Positions 12,888 to 23,032 of a stretch of 64,000 nt of DNA are shown piece after piece (the stretch's first letter is position 1; each line of letters opens with the position of its first letter). This DNA is from Lophium mytilinum (taxonomy: Eukaryota): NCBI GenBank assembly GCA_010093605.1, contig MU004191.1:1534816-1598815 (forward strand). Direction: 5' to 3'. The position numbers and the translations under genes were made by a program. Below the pieces are notes generated by a model. That model did not search any database and was not told the origin of the DNA. It was given only the letters and a program-made list of their open reading frames with translations.

Positions 12888-14951
12888 ATGCCGCCGCCGG
12901 TCAGCAGCAAGGGCAAGGCGAAGAGCCAGTCGCGCGACGTCCGGACCTCGCGGAGTCGTAATACTACCCCAATCCCTCCCGGCAATGTCCAGAATACCGT
13001 CGAACCCACCCCGTCCTCCTCCTACCTCCGAAACCCTTCAGCAACCCTTTCTGCGCCCATAGATACAACTCTCGAAGAGATCCTAGGTGGAGGCAGCCCC
13101 TCAAACCTCCCCTCCGTTGCTGCTCTCAAACAAATGCAAGAAACCATCCAAAGCAAAGTCCTCCAACCCGTACAGAAGCGAGGCATAATATCAGACCGCC
13201 TTTTGCGCGAAGTCTCAAAGAGGCGGAGTCTGCGCGACCAACAAGAGCGCGAGAGGGAACGGGAGAAAGCGGAAAGAGAGGTTGAGGAAAAGAAGCACAA
13301 GCTCAAAAAGGTGTCGAAGAAGAGGGACCCTGAGGACCGCCCATTGGCTGTCGGCGCGCATCATGTCGCAAGGCAGGATGGTGTAGATGTACACAAAGGT
13401 GCGTACTGTTTGATCAGAGATAGTTGCCACGATATTAAATCAAAGATTCAATGCCCCCCCGGTACCTTTCCTACTACTCCCCTATGAAAGGCCCTGCAAG
13501 TGTCATTATTACAACGAGCATCTCTTACCATGAATTTACTAACACCACCACCAGAGACTTCGTCCACCATATCCTCCCCTATTTCGCAAGCACCGCCCTC
13601 TGCAACTGGCACCGGCCCAGTCGATGCTCCTTCTCCAAGCCTTTCAGATGCCTCTCATCAACCGGCACCTGCTCCCGCCATTCCCCAATACCAAACATTT
13701 GGCCCTGACCCGTCGACCTTTGACGATCCAACCATATACCACATTCGAGACACGACAAATGATATGACTGAAGCCGAAAAAAGGGAGATATATTGTGTAG
13801 CTGATTATCCTGAAACCGATCTTCATGATCAAACTCCTGGAACACCACCAGATAAGGACTTTAGCAACGCAAAACCTGCGTCGCAGGTTACCGCGACCCA
13901 GTTTTCAAATTATGTGGAGCCATTTATTCGGCCACTAATAGAGGAAGACGTCGCGTTTTTAAGAGAACGCGTAAGTGTCTCCTCATGAAATTTCAAGCGC
14001 CGATACTGACGCGGAATGCAGGGCGATCGTGTACAACCTTTTATGATGCCGCGACGAGGGTTAAGACCCTACAAAGAAGTATGGGCCGAAGAAGACGGCG
14101 CGATGGTACTAGACCATAGCCTCGACCGTCTCCCCCCGAACGAGCCTCGCGGCAGCATGGAAAACATGACCGACGAGCTCGCAGAAACAGACGAGATATC
14201 CGCTGGACCGCTCCTTGCCCGCCTCATGGCCACACTCCGCCCCGAAGGCCGCATCAGCACCACCACCAACGGCGACGCCAACGGTGACAGCATGGATATC
14301 GACGAATCCACCACCATCGATCCCACCCGCCTCGCCTCCGCAACCCAGATGGCCGAATCCCTCCAAAACGGCTGGAAAGCGCCGCCCGCCGTCGGCAAAC
14401 TCGACTTCGCCTCCCTCGAGGACCGCGCCCTCGCGGAGCTCCGCCACATCGGCTTCCTCGGCGACCAAGACCAAGCCGACTATAACGGCCACTTCGACGA
14501 CGAAGTCGCGGCCCGCCTGCGCTACCTCCAGGACCAGCTGCGGCGCCAGTCGATCATAAACGGCGCCCGCAAGGCGCGCATACTAGAGCTCACCGAGGAG
14601 CGCATGGCGCAGCAGGAGTACAACACCATCGCCGACGACCTTGATAACCAGCTCAACGCCGCGTATCTCAAGCGCAACAGGAATATCGGCAAAGGGAAGA
14701 AGAACGCGAAGAGGCCCGGTGGGCCGGGCGGCGGGTCGCATCCTGTTAATGCGGCGGCGGGGGTGTCGAGACCGAGTGTGGGCGAGCCGATTCGGACGCT
14801 CATGGAGCGGAAGAGCCAGTGGAATCATACCATTGGGCCCGTGGTGGATTATGGGAAGACGGGGTTGCCCAAGGGGAGTGTGTTTGAGCAGGATGTGATG
14901 AGGCGGTTGGAGGATCGGGAGCAGGAGATGTGGAATGAGGTTGAGGATTAA
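12888..14951 (+). CDS. NGG1: SAGA/ADA complex subunit Ada3/Ngg1
   Basis: Introns 13399-13554 and 13971-14021. TPGTPPDKDFSNAKP, FSNYVEPFIRPL, DDEVAARLRYLQ..ERMAQQEYNTIADDLDNQLNAAYLKR are Ada3-family motifs. Confidence 0.9.
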
Positions 14952-15272
14952 AAGGGATGACGGTGCGCACGGGAGGTTGAGGGTGAAAGGGTGGGGGCGT
15001 AACATACCATTGACTTTTGGATAGAATGCTTTGTAGGGTTAGCAGCTGTTCAGAGCTTATGCGCATCTTAATAACAACGCTTTGCATGTTCGAGAACATC
15101 TTGGCTGTTGGAGTGGTGTACGTCTTCAAGTGCACTGATTTAGCTTTGCCATACTTTTGGGGTTATTATATTTTGGAGTCATGGCAAGTGGGTTTGGGAC
15201 ATAGGAAGGGATTAGGACTGCATTGACCAGAGGCTGAGAATTAGGCTACATGACAAGTTAGTTGAAACCACG

Positions 15273-15500
15273 TTCTAAATCAGACTATGAAATTAGGGTA
15301 AATTTGGCACCACTGAGATGTATGAAGTGGAGCCAGTCCGTGCGATTCGAAGTCAATTTTGGCATACTATTGGAACAGCTTCTGGATCAGGCCATGAATT
15401 GGGGGCAAATTTGGATGGTGTGAGATGTATAATGTGGAGCCAGTCCGTGCGATTTGAAGTCAATCTGGGCGCATTATTGGCGTAGCTTGTAAATCAGACC
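15273..15500. repeat. Diverged tandem repeat, about 107-bp unit, about 2.1 copies
   Basis: TGAGATGTAT at 15314 and 15421; shared core GTGGAGCCAGTCCGTGCGATT-GAAGTCAAT. Confidence 0.85.
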
Positions 15501-15596
15501 TCGAGCAAGAGATACTCCAACAAAGTATCGAAGCGTTCCCACAGCCTCAGGCATAGAATAGAGCAGCCGGCTCAGGCCCACCCACAGATATATTAC

Positions 15597-16990
15597 CTAA
15601 AGCATCTGCACCTCTACTAAACTTCGCCTGACCCCATTGCCCTCTCCCAGCCCTTCAAACTCCACCTCCCCCGCTACAGCACCTAGCCGCGAGCACTCGA
15701 CTCTGAACTCATCGACCCCGCCTCCAACACCAAAATACACTCGTTTCGCCGCTACCACCGCTTTGCCCGCTTTCACCCTCCCTAGAATCCCGGCCATGAC
15801 CTCTGTGAAGGCGCTCAAGGCGGTCGGGGAGTAGATCGTCTCACTCGCCAGCAGGAACGTGTTCATTTCTGCTGCTGATGGGACGAGTTCTAGGAAGTTG
15901 GGGGTTGGAGTCCAGGATCCCGATACTAAGGTTAGGGTGATTGGAAGGGCGGTTAAAGCCGATTTGAAAGACGAGATAAACTCAGGCGTGAGGTCGAGGT
16001 CGCCGTGGTTGATGGTTGAGTCGGCCAATAAGTTTGGGGAGTCGTTCGAGAAAGGGAAAGCAGTGGCGGGGAGGGTGCTGGCGTAAGTGAGAAGAAGGTT
16101 AGGGAGGGTGACGAGGCGGAGGACGGAGGCGTTGTAGTCGGCTAGCGTCAGGTATAGGGGGATGGAGGCAGTGAGGGCATAGTGGAAGAGGAGGAGAGTC
16201 GGTAGGGCGGTGCCGCAGCCGAGCTGGAGGGAGGTCAGCCTTTGACTCGAAGCATATAAGGGTTTGAATGAGTTTATAGAAGGTGGAAAGGTAGAGTTAC
16301 CTCAATGACATGATCAACTCTGCACAAATCATCAAGATCCTTCCGCGGACCCCGATCGAGCAAGAACTTTACGAGGTCGATAGAACATTCCCAGCTTTTG
16401 AAACCGCCTTCGTAGACATTCGTCTTGATATCTGATTCATCTAGACCGGAAAGAGGCGCGGAGTCGGTGCCGCTATCCTCGGCCATCAGTTGCATGCGGA
16501 TGTCGAATAGTTCTCGGCGTGGAAGTTGGATTTGGTGGCCTTTGGGGGATTCGATCTTGATAGTATTGTAGGAGATTTTGGAGGGGAGGGCAGAGAGCTG
16601 TTCGGCTGTCAGTATGGATCATGAATAGGCTCAGATGAAGTGGTCGAGAGATCCGAGAATGTAGCAACGACATGAAAGCAACAATTGTGATCCTGGGATC
16701 CGCGAAAACTCTGAACGGCATTGAAGTGTTTGAATAGCATGAGAGTTTTGAGAAGATGGAAGGCTAAGAGATAGTAGACTTTGCATGGGAAATTTATAAT
16801 ATAATTGCTGAGAATCTTAACCCACCAATTCATCTAAATTGTGCGTCTGGGCTTCAACAGCAGGAGGCTGAGAGGAGTCAGTTGACAGCGTATTCGCGAA
16901 AACAACTGAATTCGAGCCATCGACGGGAGCATCATTAGGATCCTCTTCTATATCGTCTCCAGAGAAACCAAAGCTGAAAGGTTGAGCCAT
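15597..16990 (-). CDS. HPM1: Histidine protein methyltransferase Hpm1 / METTL18 homologue
   Basis: MAQPFSFGFSGDDI, PRRELFDIRMQLMAED, DIKTNVYEGGFKSWECS, IE|LGCGTALP (SAM motif I), LLASETIYS, AAKRVYFGVGGGV. Introns about 16825-16598 and 16300-16224. Confidence 0.9.
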
Positions 16991-17461
16991 GGTGCTGTGC
17001 AAGAGTTGAAGCTGGAGGAGACAAAGGCGATGAAGACACTAGTGAGGTCGTTCTCCCCATGGGCTAGTACATCACTTATGACAACGTCATTGATTTCCAA
17101 ATATATATCGACACTTGGATGTTTATTCGTCACGTTTCGATTAATGTTTCATATAAATCTGGAAGAAATTTGATCGTTATTTCACACGACGCATCACGTG
17201 ATGTTTGCCTGTTCTGGTGAGTGGACCGCAGGCCACTGACAAATACAAATAAAACGCCAATTCCAAGGTTGCATCGAGAGGCTAAAGAGGGTATCAATAC
17301 TAACAACTCAAACACAAAAACAGAGCCGCCATGCCAACTTTAGAGCCCTTGAATCCCAGCCATGAACTTGACCAGATACGGAAAGTCATAAATTCGTGAT
17401 CAGCCGTGGCACTCCTAGATATAGAACGCTAGTAAGATTGCTGCTGGCCTGGCAGTGCCGC

Positions 17462-19303
17462 CTATTCCATGTCCGCCTGTTCAATCGTTGGAATGGTCCT
17501 CATTTTCGGGGAGTCTTCTTCCTCATTCGTCCAAACCCGATCGCGAATCCTCTTATCCGCCGACTTTGAAGCATCCCTTACGTCTTCCAGCCTCTCCACA
17601 CTCGCCCTAATCGACGCCAAATGTACCTCCATGGGCACTTCTCTAAATCCGTCCTCTTGTGGCCTTCCCATCTCTTCTCTCAAATTCTCAAGATAGTTGG
17701 CTATGTCCCTAAGCTTGATCAGCGCGCCACTAAGGATAGTGTACGCAATATGTCGAGCCGTTTGTACGTCGTTGAGTGTGCGGAGATTGCTTTCAATCCT
17801 ATTCTTTTCCCTCCTGTTCCCACCAAGACGTGTGTACAACTGGCCGAGAAGCTCTGATCGCTGCCCCTGGACTGCGACCTCTTCTTTAACCGAAATACTC
17901 TGCATATCATCGAGCAACATTTCTAGCCCATCGAGATTTTGAAGTATAGAGTCCGCTTTGAAAATCAAACGCTTGATCTCTTCCTCCATGCCACTAGCCT
18001 GCCTCATGTAGGTGTCGGCCAGTTCATCCTTCCGCGTCTTGGGTCTATTGGCGAGTCCAATACCGACAAATATTCGCTTCGTTAGATCCATCCCGTCGTC
18101 CCCGAGGTGTGCGACATCCGCCACTGCTAACGTATGTTGATTCAACGCGATTATTCTGTCGAGGGCGTAATCGACGCGGGCATGCCAACTGCTAATGTCG
18201 TTCCCCGACTGTTTGGAGCCGTCGATGAATTGCTTGAGGATTTGGCCTAACTCTTGCTTTGATGCAATATTACTATAGTCGATCACGGACCTCAGATCTC
18301 GCATGGCCATTTCCTTAGTCTTCATATCCTGTCGGAGGCCAGCAGCCTGGATGGAATACTTTGCAACATCTTCGAAGCGAGTTTGAGCTTCTACGAGTGC
18401 ATCGAATCTTCCTTGGCCAGGTATGGCTAGGCTAGGGCAGAAAGGAAGGTGCAGATAAGAGGCGCCTGGGAAATTGCAGATCGGAGAGAGTGCCACGCGG
18501 ATACTTGCGTCTACGGCATTCTTGCCTTTCCAGAAGAAGAAGTAGAGAATAGAAGCGATGAGGAGGTAGGAGAACATGGGTCGAAGAAGATTAAGTGTAT
18601 CCTTGAGAATCGACCAAAGGTAGATGATGGTGGGTTGAAGAAAGCCATGCCATATGGCAGCGAGGTAAGTTGACGCAGAAGAACCTTGAGTGACGGGACT
18701 TGAAATCAGCTTCGGAGAACGAGAAGCTTTCTTTCGGGAAGACCGCTGGCGCGCATTCTGTGGTGCCATATTGGCTGGAACTGCGTTCACCCAGGAGTTT
18801 CCGAGAGATTCGTCTAGCGGCGAGGGAGCCATACCGACTGGTATTGAGCCTCCTCTTGAGGAACGCCGGTTCGTGGCGCGTTGGCGTGCGCCGTTTGTTG
18901 AAATTGCGTTTGTCTGGGAGCTATCGGAATATTCCGGCTGTGTTGAGGGAGAGGGCATGATGAAAGAAGGTGCCACCATTTCTGGAGTCCGCTGGAGGGA
19001 CTGGTGAGAGCGTTTTGTAGTAGTAGGTGGTGTTGAGGTCCGCGCTCGCAGCCTTGTCGAAGGTGATAAATGCACTTGCTGCCTTGGTAGCTGCGTGGAA
19101 GGAGGACCACGCCGCGGGGATCTTTGAGATACATTCACCGCCGCGCGTTGTGTTGCATCTTCCTCCTCCGCATCTTCAGAGTCGGAGGCGCTTGACGATT
19201 CACTTCCAGAGCTTTCTTCGCCATCTCGGTAGTCTACATCGCCCCATGACTCTCCCAGTTCCATGTGCGCTTTCCGGCGCTGGCGCGTCGCTGCACTAGA
19301 CAT
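17462..19303 (-). CDS. Uncharacterised single-exon membrane protein: disordered N-terminus, TM segment, Cys pair, long helical/coiled-coil C-terminus (613 aa)
   Basis: Intact long ORF. Hydrophobic MFSYLLIASILYFFFW, SPICNFPG..LPFCP, heptad-like C-terminal half. Confidence 0.8.
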   Translation of the reverse strand: MSSAATRQRRKAHMELGESWGDVDYRDGEESSGSESSSASDSEDAEEEDATQRAAVNVSQRSPRRGPPSTQLPRQQVHLSPSTRLRARTSTPPTTTKRSHQSLQRTPEMVAPSFIMPSPSTQPEYSDSSQTNAISTNGARQRATNRRSSRGGSIPVGMAPSPLDESLGNSWVNAVPANMAPQNARQRSSRKKASRSPKLISSPVTQGSSASTYLAAIWHGFLQPTIIYLWSILKDTLNLLRPMFSYLLIASILYFFFWKGKNAVDASIRVALSPICNFPGASYLHLPFCPSLAIPGQGRFDALVEAQTRFEDVAKYSIQAAGLRQDMKTKEMAMRDLRSVIDYSNIASKQELGQILKQFIDGSKQSGNDISSWHARVDYALDRIIALNQHTLAVADVAHLGDDGMDLTKRIFVGIGLANRPKTRKDELADTYMRQASGMEEEIKRLIFKADSILQNLDGLEMLLDDMQSISVKEEVAVQGQRSELLGQLYTRLGGNRREKNRIESNLRTLNDVQTARHIAYTILSGALIKLRDIANYLENLREEMGRPQEDGFREVPMEVHLASIRASVERLEDVRDASKSADKRIRDRVWTNEEEDSPKMRTIPTIEQADME

Positions 19304-20651
19304 CTCGCAGACTTCCGGATTCGTCTCGTAGATTCCTCAACCACGCTTCAGGCTTACTAGCAACAAATCGGGTCGGAAGTGCCTTCCTCGTTGTATTAGA
19401 TGGACAAGGTTAGAATGACGGAATGGAGTAAAATAGGAAAGTAGTCTCAATTGCTAACAGATTGAAACAATGAGACTTTGAGCATAGAAGTGCTCTACCG
19501 AAAGGCTTCCTTGACAAAACTTTGAGAGGGATAGTTGGAGGTTGGTGGTAAAGGTGGCACGGTGGCTGGTGAGTTGCCAACAGCGTCATCGTCACATTTC
19601 GCCTCCCACGCGCAGGTCTGAGACGCGCCGGCAGCCAATCAAATCTGTTCTTATATCGTTAGCGTCGGCGATGTCACCCTTCAGCTTCATCCAAACCCTT
19701 GCCTGAGATGTGCAATGATGGACGCATTTTGTAGTGATAGCACAGAGCACAGGTGAGGTCCAAACCACCTTATCTGCGCGCTTGCTCGGCGAAGATGCGG
19801 CCAGAGCACCTGCTTTAAGATGCTGAATGTGACGTCCTGCGGTGGACTTCCAACTTATGGAAGCCGCCTGGAAGGCTATAGTTACCATCTTATCATCATT
19901 AACTCTAGAACTCGCAGCAGGCCAAATCACTTCATACTAGCTTGTCATTATTCCAAACTAGTCCCATTCGTTCACCAACTACAGTCCAGTCACTAGGTAC
20001 GTCGAGCTCGAGCTTATCAGGCGATATAAGGACGTCACAGCCAAAGGGAACTACTATTTGGTCTAAAAGCACGTCGACCATCTTACAGCGACGGCGAGAT
20101 AGGCTACTTCGGAAACTCAACTCCCCTACAAGATGTCGACACGAGACTTCCTGGTTCTGTCATCCCTCTACCCGATAGCGCGACGATGGGTAGGACTTTT
20201 TCACACTTCACTGTTAGTTGATGTCTCGTTGTCATCATTCCCACACCTTTTTCGGCTTACTTTCTCACGTAATACTGTTCCCTTCATGCCCCTTCGCACT
20301 TTCTCTGTATTCCAATTCCACAAGCGAAATCAGCGGCGGATTCGGAGCATGGTTTGAGGAGTTTCGAGCATACGTCTAGTTCGGGATGCAGGAAACAACA
20401 GCATTCACCTTTCATCATCATATGATACCCACCCTTCCTTTCTTTCATCACAGTACGTAGGCCTCAATACCAATACCAGCCTTCACGTGTCGCACAAACA
20501 ACTACCCTCCGTCAATCAACTCTTCACTCCCTCCAACCACTCAGCCTAGAACCGCCACAGCCCATTCACATGTGATATCAAACCCTCGGACCTCAAACAA
20601 AAATCCCACCGGTACACCCACATGCCAACCAACCCACTCCCGAAACGCGCC

Positions 20652-20706
20652 GCCCTGCCCTGCCCTACCCTACCCTGTCCTGCACCGCACCGCACTGCAC
20701 TGCACT
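20652..20706. repeat. Degenerate pentanucleotide tandem repeat (GCCCT/ACCCT drifting to GCACC/GCACT)
   Basis: gccctgccctgccctaccctaccctgtcctgcaccgcaccgcactgcactgcact. Confidence 0.8.
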
Positions 20707-21692
20707 GGCGATCCCGGATCTCGATAAAACGCCATGGGCCGCAGATCAGGCTTTCCGCGCCGCAGCCGGAGCTACGGAAGCGGTGTCCGGGTGGCTGGGC
20801 GAGCGAGCGACTGACGCGATTTTCATCGCAAAAATGCCATTAAGCATTTTCTGACGCGGGCGAGAGGATTAGGACATTGGGGGGTTCTGCTTGCGGTATT
20901 ATGCCGAGAGATTATTTTGGTTGTTGGCGCTGCTTTGGGCGGTGGAGGGTTTGGATGGGACGGGACTAATATGAGTAATTGGTGGGTGACTGGGGGTGGT
21001 ATTGGTGGGAGTGAACCAGGTGGGAAAATGTTAGGGAGGTGTTGAGGCTCTTTTTGCCTGCGGCCGGAGTTTTTGAGGGTTTCGAGTACTGGGGGCGGCT
21101 CTTGTCATTGAGATGGTTCAGTGCACTTTGTGACTGTGGAGGGGATGAAATGTATTGTATTTTTGAGGTTTGGTTTTCTTAGACTATCTTAGAGGGTGCT
21201 GATGGTTTATAGGATGACGCCTACGATTACTTACTCCATGAGTAGCAGCAAAGATCGAAGAGGCACTGTACAAGATTTTAGATATGATTAGATTGAACAA
21301 TCGATAGAACTTTTCTAACCTCATAAATCATGTCGCTTATCGTACAAGTTGCTCCGCATGACTCCCTCAACCACGACTCAGTCCACCATCACCTCACGGG
21401 CGCTCCCACCCGTCCCAAGGCACAAGCTTACGGCACAGTGTGCATAAGCACCCTCAAGCTTTCATCACTCCCACCCCAGCTTCGGTATCGCCCCGACACT
21501 TCTTCCGAGAGCGAGCAAGCATGCATGCCCGGGTGCACATCTTCTCGAGCCGAAAGCCTCTCCCACCGCCCCAACACTGCTCCAAATCTGCCGAAACGTC
21601 GCCGAATCGCGCCGTAGCAATGTGCCCTCGCCCTGGACTCTTGACGCGCTCAGGGACACAATTGACGGTGCGGTGACGGTCGCCGCGAGAAT

Positions 21693-22031
21693 TCAACTCG
21701 ACGAGCCGCTGCTGGTGTTCCCCTTGCTGCCGATGTCGTCGGGCAGCTCCCACGTCGACGTGTCGATGCCGGCCTCTTTGGCGGCCTCGACGAGCGCCTT
21801 GCGCTCCGAGATCTTGCTCCGCATGAACTTGATGGTGGCTTCGAGCACGACGGCCTCGCTGCGGCCCTGGCCCTCCATGCCGGGCACGATGCTGGCCAGG
21901 CGGTCGAAGCCGTCGCGGATGGCCTGCCGCCGCTTCTGCTCCGAGGCGATGTGGTTGTTCTTCTTCTCTTGCTCAGTGAGGCGGGGCTTCTCGGAGCCGG
22001 CTTGGTTGGGGGAGCGGGTGGGGGAAGACAT
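21693..22031 (-). CDS. Small bHLH transcription factor, Ino4/Mlx-like
   Basis: KPRLTEQEKKNNHIASEQKRRQAIRDGFDRLASIVPG..SEAVVLEATIKFMR. Likely start MSSPT at 22031. Confidence 0.88.
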   Translation of the reverse strand: MSSPTRSPNQAGSEKPRLTEQEKKNNHIASEQKRRQAIRDGFDRLASIVPGMEGQGRSEAVVLEATIKFMRSKISERKALVEAAKEAGIDTSTWELPDDIGSKGNTSSGSSS

Positions 22032-23032
22032 TGGGCGGGGCGGGCGTGAGGAGCTGGGTGAGGTGGGAGGTGCGGGATATGGGTGCTGGTGGCGATGAGG
22101 TTCGGGTCTACGCATGAGCCGCGTAGCTTTATAGAGGGCGTGTCGCGTGCTGGTGGTGCATGTGAAGGCGCTTGGGGTGGTCAGCGGAAACCGGTGCAGC
22201 CCGAGGCTAGGGAGGATGGACGTCGGGGCGCGGGTGCTTCATGTTATGGCAGTCTCCTCGCGGCCATGGGGCCAGGAAGGGGGGAAAGCGGAGGGTGGTT
22301 GTTGGGAGAGAAGGGCGAGTGAGGTCGAGTTGCCGATGCGTAGTACCATCGGTCCTCGGCAGCCCGTGACGTGAAGAGCGACTTGGGCGGCGCGGCGGTA
22401 GGGCTAGGGCTGAGCTCGGCGCGGTAACGTCAGAGAGAAAAGAAAGATTACGTAATTGGGCCGACGCGGGATCGCAGCAGCTCGAGCTCGGGGCCACAGG
22501 GAGGGCCACAGGGAGGGCCACACCGACAGGGCTCTCAGGCCTATTTTCAGGGCTATTTCGAGGCCTCCCAGCGCGTTTCGGCGCCTCGTTTCATCGTTTC
22601 CCGGAGAAGCTAGGCCTGCATCTGGAGCCACTCCAGTGACGAGTGAGACCACGAGACAGCGACGCTCACTTTCGTCGCCCGGGGTCGTGACCTGCTCTGC
22701 ATCTCCTGCACCCTCTGACGCCACCCTATCGCGAGCTCCATAGGCTTTGCAACAACTGCTTCACCACTGCTACTGCTACCCTCCGCCAAGGTAAGGACTC
22801 GCGCGTTCACAGACCCCGCCGCGAGAGAAAGAGACCTCACCGCTGCCCTCTACAAACACCCACGACGCAACCCCGCCATACCATACCGCATCGCCCCCAA
22901 ACGCCGTGACACGAAGCTGCCCAGTGCTGCACATCCCGTCCTGATATGCGCCCTCCCTCCCTCGCCCAACACCCGTGAGCCTCACAATCTCTGAGCACGC
23001 CGCCCTCACCCTCCGGCCGTCCCTTGCCCGCC

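Noticed and set aside
19857..20200. Signal-peptide-like frame MEAAWKAIVTILSSL.. with several TAG/TAA stops
   Set aside because: No recognisable family motif; cannot distinguish from chance.
20329..20455. Possible C/D snoRNA on the - strand (ATGATGA .. CTGA, about 95 nt)
   Set aside because: No terminal stem, no recognisable rRNA-complementary guide and no clear host intron; would need snoScan/Infernal.
22490..22521. 12-bp tandem repeat GGGCCACAGGGA (about 2.5 copies)
   Set aside because: Short slippage repeat in a promoter; not CRISPR-like and no supporting evidence of function.
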